Below, piece after piece: positions 1 through 10,620 of a stretch of DNA of 64,000 nt (the stretch's first letter is position 1; each line of letters opens with the position of its first letter). The translations under genes were made by a program, and so were the position numbers. The stretch is from Epiperipatus broadwayi (taxonomy: Eukaryota; Animalia; Onychophora), in NCBI GenBank assembly GCA_028023455.1, contig JAQFVV010000003.1, positions 19,716,001-19,780,000 on the forward strand, read 5' to 3'. The notes under the pieces are model-generated. The model worked only from the letters and a program-made list of their open reading frames with translations, did not search any database and was not told the origin of the DNA.

Positions 1-1768
1 AACAAAAAAACCATTCACTCAAGTTGATTAATTGTGCACCCAGAAACAAAAACAATTACAAATAGATATTATTAAAACTTATTAATAAGTAATATAACTT
101 TGTTTGTTCTAGAGTCTGCAATTAATGTTGATTATATTAAAACTTTACTTGAGATCGCTTTGATGAAGCAGTGTTGAAATTCCCAGAGGGATCTGTAAAT
201 TTACCTTTATTAATAAGTATACATATTTACTGATTCTGATTCCTTTCCTCTTTTATATATCAACATATCGATACATTTCACATAACTGCTTCCACTCTTA
301 AAATGCAGGTGACTGAATTTGAAGATGAAGTTGAATACACAAAGAAAAAAATAAATAAATCACAAAACGTGAAATTGCAAATAGAAATAACAAAAATAAA
401 AAATCACATGAATAAAAAAAAAGAATAATAATACATATATCTCCTGAGGAAAACAAGCATTGTTCACAGCTATAAGTCTATATACCTGAATGCCAATCTT
501 CACACATAACGTTCTTGTCCACTAACTTTGTTAATATCTATACACTCCATACTAGTTGATTAAAAACAAGCACTGACCAATTATTTCCCCTGAACACATA
601 GCATAAATCCATTGAAGAGTGATATTCAGTAACACTTTGTAAAATTGACATTTTCATAGACAATTTTATAATGGCATCGAAGTTGGCATCGGACGCCTAC
701 AGTAAATTTGTTTACCCCTAACACATTGCAATGATTACTTTACTATTAACTAATATTTATATCGTGGCTTCAATATATATAGGAAAATGGTTTAAAGAAG
801 CAATCAATTTCTAGTAGTTTCACATTTCTTTTTCTTTATCTCCATAACAGCCGATTTAAGCTTTCTAGAACAAATTAAACCATTAGTTCGTTTCTGCTAT
901 TTATATATTCAAGTTTGTTGTTTTAACAGTTGAGATTAAATTTCTACTTTCCTTCTATCCCAATGATAAAGGTTTTCTATTAATTTTTACGTATAAATAT
1001 TAAATTTTGAAATTTATATGCTTACTGTTTTTAACGCCAAACAGTTTTTTTTTAATAAAAATAAAAGACTTTTCTTTATGTTCTGATGGTTTAGTTGTTA
1101 GACCAGACAAGTGAAAATCGAGAGTCTGTTTTCTCATGCTTCTTCATTATTCAAACTCGATCACCTAGCAACTATTTTGACCACATATGTTTTGACCTTT
1201 GATCATGTCTGTCTTATCAGTCAATTAGTGATTATTTTTGTTAGTGATATTAAGTGGGTTGTGTAGATAACAAATTTCTCTGCTTTCAAGGTGTACAAAA
1301 AAAAAAGAAAAAATTAATTTCTCAAAATAGACAAAAATATTAGTTTATATGTATGTTTCATGTATATGAACTGGTATGTAGGATAAATTATTTGCTTAAC
1401 AATTAGCCTGAATTCAAACATTGAGAAAAATTGGGATAGGCGTGATGGTTGTTTGTAAGTCATCCATTACAATATAAATGTAATACTTAGACTTTAAATG
1501 CATTCTTACCATAGTGTCTGTTTCTATATTATGATCGGTACACTTATGTGCAAAAAGTGCATTTGCCACTTTCTTTGCACTCTTCTGGTACACAATGCAG
1601 TGTATGCTGCTAACAGACACACAATGCATCCATAATTATAGGTAGAGAAAGAGATAGTCTGTAACAAAACAGAGTGTGTTATGGCAAGGAAAATAAATTT
1701 TTGTTCATTTTTCTCGCACAAACAAAATTTCATAATTGTTATTAAATAATTTTAATAAAGTACGAAGT

Positions 1769-4700
1769 ATGTGATGTGGTGTGATGCACTGTGACTTCTC
1801 CTTAAACGGAGTCAGGAATCTCTCAGCAGCTATGGTCAGAGAAACATGTTAGCCACTTTACCTTCATTTTCCATTGTCCACCCTAAGTTTTTCCATAATC
1901 TGCTCCATCCCATTTCCACAACATAATCTTTGTTAACTCCATGACCTTCATATCTAAATCCCCCTTATCTTTTCCCAAACCTAGCATAAAAACCAATAAC
2001 TCACTTTCTGTGTAATCACTTTGTTCATATTTAACCTTCCATAACTTCATTATTTGTACCCTTTCTGTTTCCAAGCATTTACATTGAAGTAACAGATGCC
2101 TAATATTTTCTATGCCTTCCTTACACAATTTGCAGGCTAAATCATCCATATTCTCCATTTATATGTATATTCCCTTGTTGCTAAAGATCCCGTTTGAGCC
2201 TTAAACAATAAATTACTTTCCTTCCTATTATCATAAATGAACTCACACCCAATGTTCTGTTTACTTCTATATATATTTAAACTCGTTTTACTCTCCATAC
2301 TAGTTCTCCATCTCTCCAACTGCCTATTCTTTATTAATGCATCTATTCTTCTATCCCACTCCTTACCACTATAACACTCAACAATCCTCCTAACACAATC
2401 ATCCCACCTTTTGTACAAGTATACTGACATAACTTCTTTATCCAAATCTTCTGCATACTGCATTACCTTTCTCACCCATCTTGTCTGCTCTTTACTTGTA
2501 ACCCAATTAAATACTATTTTGGCTATTCTTTTATTGTCCATAAACTGCAATCTACTTAACATTTTCAATTTGCTTTTTGCATCCCTCATATAAAAACTTG
2601 ACCATCCCATTTCTCCTTGAATTGCCTCCTTTGCTGTCCACACCTCAGCATCTAATGCATGTCTTCCTGCTTCCCTTTCTACTTTTTCTAAGCAATCTAA
2701 TACCCCTTTACTAACATAACCCATCATTGCTGTATGTTAACCCTGCTACTACCACTCCCATACAATTCTAACTACATCATATTTATTATATGAAAACACT
2801 GTTAATTTCTTTATCAATCCTTTCTTTTCTTTACTTCATTTATCAATTTTTTCTCCCATTCATCCAAGCAATTTTTCTTATTACTCAAGATGATTCCCAA
2901 ATAACTATATCTATTCACCACACTTAACTTTATATCCCGCAATAAGAAATCTTTGTCTTCTCTTTCCCCAGTATTCACTATCATTATATTTGATTTTTCT
3001 TCACAATTTAATCCCCATATCTTTACCCACACTTGCGCATGTCCTCAGCATAACTTCCATATCTTCTCTTCTTTTTACACACAAAAAGACATCATCTGCA
3101 ATAAAAAGACCCGACAATGTATATACTCTCTTGCCACCTATTAACGGTATCTCTATCCCTCTTCCAAGACTTTCTATTGCTCTCTCCATTTCACTCAAAT
3201 ACAACACAAACAAAACAGGTGACATAGGGCATCCTTGCCTCACTCCCACCCCATTTTTAACTTTAACTGATTCTATATCCCCTAATTGATATGTATAGTA
3301 ATTATTTTCATATAATTTCTTAATAACACCCACTAAAGCTTCATACCCCAGATTTGCTAAACTTATGCATAATCATATGCCTTCTCTATATCTATAAAAC
3401 TCTTATATATCTGTCTACCTGAATTTCTACTCATATCTATAAGTTGTGTAACTACAAATAAACTATCTCCTATACGCCTATCTGACCTAAAGCCTCCTTG
3501 CATTTCCCCCACTACCTTATTTTCTTTCATCCACTTTGCATCTCTTCCAGCCACCATATATGAAAAAACTTTATATAAAACTGATGTTACCGCTATTGGT
3601 CTATAATTATTTAACTTTCTATGATCCTTACCTTTTCTTTTAAATAATAATCTTACTCTTGTATTACTCCAGCTACCCGGAAAAACTCTCTTCTGTGCCA
3701 TCTTATTAAAACATGATAGTAACTTTACTTTTGCCCTATGGCCTAAATTCATTACCATCTCTGCTGCCCATCCATCTAACCCTCTTGCCTTACCACTTTT
3801 CAATTTCTTCCCTGCCTCATGCAGTTCATTTTCTGTAAACCTAATATTCCCATTACTATATGCTTTCATATTTTCTATCCCTCTGTCCTTTACATCTAAC
3901 ATCTTTTCTATATCCATTACATAACTATTCAATATTCTCTCTAATTCTTCTCTAGAGCTACACTCTATTCCCTCCTCATCCAGTAATACTATCTCTCTCT
4001 CCCCTAAATTTCTCCTTTTAATGTAATTCCAAAATTTTTTACTCCCATCTCTTCCACTTTTATTAATATCATCCAATAATTTACTATTTAGTTTCATTCT
4101 CTCTCTATAATTATCTATTTTAGCTAACTTCTTCTTTTCTAAGTACTTTTCCCATTTAGCATTAATATCTTTTTCACTTTCTTTGTTCTTAATAGCACAC
4201 TTATATTCTCTGCATGCTTTTTTCCTCTCTTTTACACTTTTACTAACTCTCATTTTTTTATTACTTTTATTCTTCTGAATATTCTCACCTAAAACCCTAT
4301 TTGCCACTTTTTCTATTTCATCACACCAGTCCTCATACTCATTTTCAACCAACTCTTCCATGGTTTCTTCAACTTGTATTTTATACTCTTCTAACTTATT
4401 CTTATCATTCACTCTCCATCCACATCTTTCACTATTGTTTCTACTTTTATTTCTATTTTCCATCACATTACTAACCATTTCAATTACAAAGAAATTATGA
4501 TCACTATTACATACTCTCTCTTCATTATCAAACACCTTAATTTTTTGTACTTTATTCATTCCCTCTTTCTCTACCAATACATAATCTATTGTGTGGGATA
4601 TATTATTCCTAGACCATGTGTATTGTCCCTCATAAATATTTGATAAGTTTCCAATGCTCAAATGTACCTCTTTGACAAAATTTCTTCAAAAGCTGTCCGT

Positions 4701-5260
4701 TCTTATTGTCTACATCATCAATTTCTTCAATATACCCATTCATATCTCCTATAACCATTATTCTCTTCCCCTTTTCTTTAAAACTCTGTATATTCTTAAC
4801 TAGGCACGCATATATGCTATTGTTCCACTCCATTATAGTTTGACTATCTCCAGTAGCTATATAAACTATAGCCACCATCCATTCTTGTTTTCCCAACCTT
4901 ATTTCAAACCACAAATGTTCTTGGCATTTAACAGTATATGCCCCCTCTAGCATGCATACAGTAAGTTCACTAATCGACCTTATCAAACATTCTCAACTGT
5001 TTTTATGAATATCAGCTTTTTTTTAATTGTCTCTTTCTTTTTCTCCACAATCTTTCTTCTACATTTCCATCAAAATTTTATTATTTCTGACTATATTTTA
5101 TTTTCTCCTCTTAATTTTTTTCAATAAATAATCTGTTTTTACTCGTTATTTTGATACTTCTATATTTTCAACTGTATCTTTCCTTTATATATTTTCTATT
5201 CTGCTGCATATCTCTAAACCCCTAACTGCTTTTTTTTTGATTGTCTATATCCCCGCTCCA
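1769..5260 (-). mobile_element. Non-LTR retrotransposon (LINE), APE endonuclease-RT-CCHC type, copy 1, disrupted
   Basis: Minus-strand ORF pieces 4630-4986, 3363-4661, 3001-3333, 2814-3032, 2137-2727 and 1883-2158 carry EN motifs (GDMN, SDH), RT motifs (NYRPIAV, FIDIEKAYD, GVRQGCPMSPVLF, FIADD, YLG) and a C-terminal CKLC...HLLLQC zinc knuckle. The 3' end is a degenerate (CATCA)n tail at ~1769-1786. The 5' boundary is approximate and the clade is unresolved. Confidence 0.93.
1883..4986 (-). pseudogene. LINE ORF2 (endonuclease/reverse transcriptase) pseudogene with several frameshifts and stops
   Basis: Six consecutive ORF fragments in different frames; they align with the more intact copy at 35895-39031. 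Confidence 0.9.
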
Positions 5261-5708
5261 TATTAAATATAAATTAATATTTGCTTCTTTTTTTTTTTGC
5301 TGTGTATTAGATCTTTTTACTTTATAACATAAAATCAACAAATCCATTAATAAGAAACATTATCACTGTTTTTTATGATTTAACTCTAAAATGAGATGCT
5401 AGTAGAAATTGACACAATAGAATGAAATTTTATTAAAGTTGATAATTATAGAGGCAATTTATATTTGATTATATATTTTGTGTTTAAACAAATTGTATAA
5501 TATTAAACACTTTTTATAGTAAGTACAGGTATAAACATTTTAATGACCTTACACTAATTAGTATTTTAAAAAGAAATTATTAAACTCAGGTGCTTATTAT
5601 ACATGTATATAATTTTAATGCGCAAATACGCGCACAACAACCGAGCTTCATCAGGATTAAATAAAAATATATTATAAACTCAAAATAATTATAATATCTA
5701 CAGAATAA

Positions 5709-5753
5709 TGCCCGAGCGCTTTCAAGAGAACTTAGCTCTCATAATCATGGGCA
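5709..5753 (-). ncRNA. Minimal type I hammerhead-like ribozyme with variant core AUGAUUA (left-arm copy)
   Basis: Exact reverse complement of 6812-6856. Confidence 0.6.
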
Positions 5754-5833
5754 ACAAAGAATAAGCATAGCGTGTTGGTATATGCTAAAATATGCTGATA
5801 TATGTAAATTAGTTGAAAATAAATGCGTCAGCT

Positions 5834-6403
5834 CTAAATGATCCACTTCTTAGAGATTTTGTAACACGCATCTTTCCTATTCATAGCCTTATCATCAATA
5901 GCAATAAAACATGCTTCTTTAACTTTTCTCTTAATGTCATTTCTCTCCCTGCAAACTATTCTTGCATTTTTAGGTTCACATGCATGACCAGCTGATTTCT
6001 GATGTATAGCAAATATTGAGTTGCAATTTGGGTCTACTTGGGCCTTATTGTAAGAATATCTGTGCTGGGATAGTTTTGTAGAAAGAGTTGCTTTCGTTTC
6101 CCCATAGTATGATGCCATGCAGTTATTGTCTGGACATGAAATATTATATACGGCCTGAGAGGTGTTGTTGGGTGTTATAATGCCTTTGGTGTTATTAATA
6201 ATTCTATTTGTATTAGGGGGTGTATGAAAGCTTAGTTGAAATTCTTTATTAAACACTGCGTAAAATTTTCGATGGGTAGTTGCAATATATGGTAACAAAA
6301 TTCTATTTTTCTGCTGCTTAATAACATTGCTGTTTAATTTACTATAAAATTGTCTAATCTTCCTATCAATTGTGTAATGCTTGAAGCCGAAATCTATCAA
6401 CAC
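5834..6403 (-). pseudogene. 5'-truncated PLE ORF: RT C-terminal/linker region plus GIY-YIG endonuclease
   Basis: 189-aa ORF containing ILLPYI (typical PLE linker) and QAVYNISCPDNNCMASYYGETKATLSTKLSQH. Confidence 0.85.
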
Positions 6404-6731
6404 CTCTCAGGCCGTATATAATATTTCATGTCCAGAAAATAACTGCATGGCATCATACTATGGGGAAACGAAAGCAACTCTTTCTACAAGACTATCCCAG
6501 CACAGATATTCTTACAATAAGGCCCAAGTAGACCCAAATTGCAACTCAATATTTGCTATACATCAGAAATCAGCTGGTCATGCATGTGAACCTAAAAATG
6601 CAAGAATAGTTTGCAGGGAGAGAAATGACATTAAGAGAAAAGTTAAAGAAGCATGTTTTATTGCTATTGATGATAAGGCTATGAATAGGAAAGATGCGTA
6701 TTACAAAATCTCTAAGAAGTGGATCATTTAG
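6398..6731 (+). pseudogene. Inverted duplicate of the PLE GIY-YIG domain
   Basis: ORF 6381-6731 matches the C-terminal part of the minus-strand ORF, with 3 aa differences (D/E, K/R, C/Y). Confidence 0.85.
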
Positions 6732-6811
6732 AGCTGACGCATTTATTTTCAACTAATTTACATATATCAGCATATTTTAGCATATACCAACACGCTATGC
6801 TTATTCTTTGT

Positions 6812-6856
6812 TGCCCATGATTATGAGAGCTAAGTTCTCTTGAAAGCGCTCGGGCA
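6812..6856 (+). ncRNA. Minimal type I hammerhead-like ribozyme with variant core AUGAUUA (right-arm copy)
   Basis: TGCCC ATGATTA T GAGAG CTAAGTT CTCTT GAAA GCGC TC GGGCA: 5-bp helix I, 5-bp helix II, GAAA, palindromic helix III AGCGCT and a CUC cleavage triplet. It lies just downstream of the GIY-YIG stop, where PLE hammerheads normally sit. Confidence 0.6.
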
Positions 6857-7213
6857 TTATTCTGTAGATATTATAATTATTTTGAGTTTATAATATATTT
6901 TTATTTAATCCTGATGAAGCTCGGTTGTTGTGCGCGTATTTGCGCATTAAAATTATAATTAGTATTTATAATAAATAATCAAGTAATTAGTTGCTAATAA
7001 AGGTGTATGATGTTCAAACATCATGATATTTTGTGATTCAGGAATTTGTCTGTTATTGCACAATTATCTCTTGCTTTATTTAAATATTTAATGTCACATG
7101 ATTTATTTTTAACACAACGTAAGTTTTAAATGTCTGAGATAAATGGTTATATAGAATTCACATTTATAATTTATCTGAAACTGAATTTCTTAATTATAAC
7201 TATAATATATACT

Positions 7214-7275
7214 ATAAAGTTCTTTTATTGTACTTTGTTTTGCAATAAAGTTCTTTTATTGTACTTTGTTTTGCA
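7214..7275. repeat. Perfect 31-bp tandem duplication
   Basis: ATAAAGTTCTTTTATTGTACTTTGTTTTGCA x2. Confidence 0.9.
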
Positions 7276-8344
7276 TTTATCATTAATCTTGCTGGCATCA
7301 ATATGACTACTACTATCAGCTGCTGCATCTCAAAAAGATCTTGAATACAACATTGGCTATAACCAATCATTTCTTTTAGATTTAAAGTATATTCATCATT
7401 AGCTTGTTATCAAATCATGAGTTATCGTCTATTCAGAAATTTCCTTGACCAACCTTTTTCTCTATATGTATATTTCATGAAAACAATCTCTATTCATTAG
7501 CTGAGTTAGAAACTTGAAATATCTGAACTTCCTCACAGAAATAATAGTCTGATTTTTTGTTTTTATGTTTTGATTATGACTTGTTCGATTTTGAAGCATT
7601 CATGCTTTTGGTAATCCGTCATGGTATTTAATATATTAATATGACAATATTCATGTCTTATACTGGTTTGAGATATTTAAACTTTTTGTGAATTCCCAAG
7701 CAATAAATAATTCATTTATTTATTTATTTTTAATTCTGTATATGATATTGTTAAAGGTAAATATTTTGCTTCCTCCTTTGTTCATTGATGAAACAATATT
7801 CTCTTAATGCAATGGTTTCCAAACTTTTTTTTTTTTTTAAACTTATTTGGTACTCCATTTTCATAAATTAAATCTTAATATTAGCAAGATATTTGTAATT
7901 AATATAGATGTTGTTTTCACATTTAAGTATTGCAATTATAAGTAAATAACCCCAAAATGGGATTAATATCTATAGATAACAACCGATATTTATTTGCATT
8001 TAAAATTAAAAAAAATATAATGAATTAAAATAAATCTATCACAAACTGATGTGTTGTGTGTGTGTGTTGTTTTTTTTTTGTTTGCCATTATTCATTTTTG
8101 ACTAAAATAATCCTAAATGTCCTCATTTTTATCTGTATTTGTATATATGCATACTTCAGGTTAGAAATCAATGTTTTGCTGGATTTTTTTTTGTTTCCTT
8201 AATTAAAACTTGTGATACTATAATATGATTCACCAAAAAATAAAACTTTATTTTTAAGTTTATTTTTTATTTATATATATATATGTGTGTGTGTACACAT
8301 TTATACATGTATTTTTTAAAAAATGTATGTAATTTTTAAATTAG

Positions 8345-8393
8345 ATTTATGGTGGACCTCATACACAATATTTGCCCTCTGGTGGACAATGGG
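8345..8393 (+). CDS. PEF1: Peflin internal exon (Gly/Pro-rich N-terminal region), IYGGPHTQYLPSGGQW(G)
   Basis: Flanked by TTAG| and |GTAAGT. It is 49 bp and ends in phase 1, matching the phase-1 start of the exon at 17752 (G+GT = Gly). Composition fits the peflin N-terminus. Confidence 0.65.
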
Positions 8394-9870
8394 GTAAGTT
8401 AATTTATTATTTTAATGATTTTTTGTAATATATAGAAATGTCATCAGTTTTATTTTAGAAAAGGTTAAGTATTTTGTAAAAAGAAATTAAAATGAATGTA
8501 GATTTGATTTTAATATAGAATCTAATATCAAACAAAGCGTTTTTTAATTAAAAGATTAATTATACAGTATAATTCAAAGTTATTCTATCTATTAATGATT
8601 ATACAAACACATTTTCTTTAAATCTAATTTAGTTTAATATTATAGTGAATATTTACTATGCTTTTCCCATTTTATGATTAAGTGAAATGTCATTCAGAAG
8701 TCAGCATTTATTTCACAGGATCTATAATTATAATAAATAATGGGGGCTATCTTTTCTTTATAATCATGTCTTTGTTGTTATTAAATTCATAATTTTAAGG
8801 CAGTTGTTCTTAACTTCTTGGAGAATATTTTTGATTATAATTTTTTTTGCAAAATATCAAAATCAGTAACATAAAATATACAAGGTGATTTAATCACAAA
8901 ACTAGTAGTACATGAATATACTTTAACAACTTTTAAAATGTTATGTATATAAAAACTATAACTGAAATGATATTTTTATAAAAAAAACTCATATAAATTA
9001 ATTTTAATATGATATTTGAATTTGGTGCTTTTTATAATTTCTGACAATCAGCATAGATAGGTATAGCCATTCTAATTCCAAGAGGCAATAAAAACATAGG
9101 AAGGCAAACAAACAAAAAAATACACTAAAGATAAATTTTATGATGACTACAAATCAATCCATAACCATAAGTATGTCTACATATAAAATCCACCAGTTCA
9201 TTAATCTGCTTATTTAATATTTTGTATTGCTGTTTTTTAAAACAAAATTTTTGATTGTGAAAAATTTGTAATGTTGTAATCTAATTATAATTCTTTATTG
9301 CATTTTATCTTTTTCATCTCATTGCACTTCTTTAGAATGTATTTGAGATAATCTTTATAATACAAACGGGGTTTACCTTTCTATGAAAATCATGTTTACC
9401 ATATTTGTTTAAGTTGTTTTATATTGTTCATTTGTTTCACATGTCCATTTCAATTCAGATATGATTTTACAATAGTGGACCCCAGAAAATTGAAGAAGAT
9501 ATTGATTGATCTTATGATCTTAATATTTAGAACTTTACAGAGCATTGTTAAATTATGAAATTTTTCTAATACCTTTATGTTATACATATCTAAGTTGTTA
9601 AACATTCAAGCTGAAAGTTGTTGAAAATTTTTCTTATATTACTGGCTAATAAAGAACTTTAGTTTTTTTTTTTTTTGAATGTTAAATACTTTCAGCAGAT
9701 TACTTTTTGAATTAGCAAGGATTGTTAACACAATTATCAACATTCTATAAATCCAGAAGCGCAGAAAAATGAAATTTTTGTTTTTATTTTTAATTACTTC
9801 AACTAAAAAAATTCCACCATCAAACTTGTATTGTATCTTGATTCCCAATTCATTAATTCTCTTATAAATA

Positions 9871-10026
9871 ACAGGCAAAACTCTCCATACAGTAGTGCCA
9901 CTCAGTACAAGCTAGAGTAATCAATGGATGCCAGAAGGCTTGCGCATAAAATCCTTATCTAATGCCTACTCATCCAATATACTGGCTTGCACTGAGTGGT
10001 ACTACTGTATGCAGAGTTTTGCCTGT
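9871..10026. mobile_element. MITE-like element with 42-bp terminal inverted repeats
   Basis: 9871-9912 vs 9985-10026 match at 39/42 as reverse complements. A related fragment lies at 51009-51060. No clean TSD. Confidence 0.7.
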
Positions 10027-10079
10027 TTAGTAGCTGTTATGAGCAAGCATAAGAAGTGGTGATCATATGATGTTTATTG

Positions 10080-10620
10080 ATTTAATACAATCTATGAATA
10101 GTTAAAAAAAATCATTCATAATAATTGAAAATAATATGGGAGCTAGTTCACTTGTTAACAGCAGTTTTCATTTCAAATACTTTAGTTTCCATCTATAGTA
10201 ATAATATTTCCTATCATTCCATCATATATTAATAAATTTTGATGGACTACAGATCTGTTTGATTAATTGTGTCAAATGCCTTACTAAGTCACTAGAAAAC
10301 AATTGTATAAATCATTCCTGTGTTCTTTACACTTTTTTTGCATTTGTCTGTAGACAAAGACCATTCTATAATGTTATGTGATTCTCTAAAATCATGTAAT
10401 TTTTGATAAATATTCGCCAATTACTGGAAGTAACCTATTCAACAAAATCCTTAATACTTACTGATAGAGAAGTCTTATTATAATGTAAGAAATAATCAAA
10501 GTTGTTATACTGTAATTTCTTGATCTGTATGTATTTATTATAATGCTTTGTACTCCATATAACAATAGATATCACAATGAAATGGTTGGATCTTAGCAAT
10601 GGCAGTGTATTCTTTTTCTT
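10080..10620 (-). mobile_element. Decayed L2/CR1-like LINE RT fragment
   Basis: Minus-strand translation with indels gives IAKIQPFH and LSKAFDTIN. Confidence 0.55.

Larger units (their letters stand above)
5608..6957. mobile_element. Penelope-like element (PLE) fragment in inverted (tail-out) arrangement
   Basis: 5608-6167 is the reverse complement of 6398-6957 (560 bp each, only a few substitutions seen) around a 230-bp spacer. The arms encode a GIY-YIG domain (AVYNISC..C.ASYYGETK...R..QH). TAATTAGTATTT at 5555-5566 and 6956-6967 is a possible TSD. Confidence 0.9.

Noticed and set aside
162-238. TGATGA...CTGA, resembling a C/D box snoRNA
   Set aside because: No terminal stem or recognisable rRNA-complementary guide; both boxes are common by chance.
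140-545. Several good-looking minus-strand splice sites and short open frames (e.g. ILTKLVDKNVMCEDWHS, IPLGISTLLHQSDL)
   Set aside because: Joining them needs ~39-42-bp introns or incompatible phases, and no recognisable protein results.
2411-3289. Plus-strand ORFs in the track (2411, 2953, 2990; also 38390)
   Set aside because: These are antisense shadows of the purine-rich LINE ORF2.
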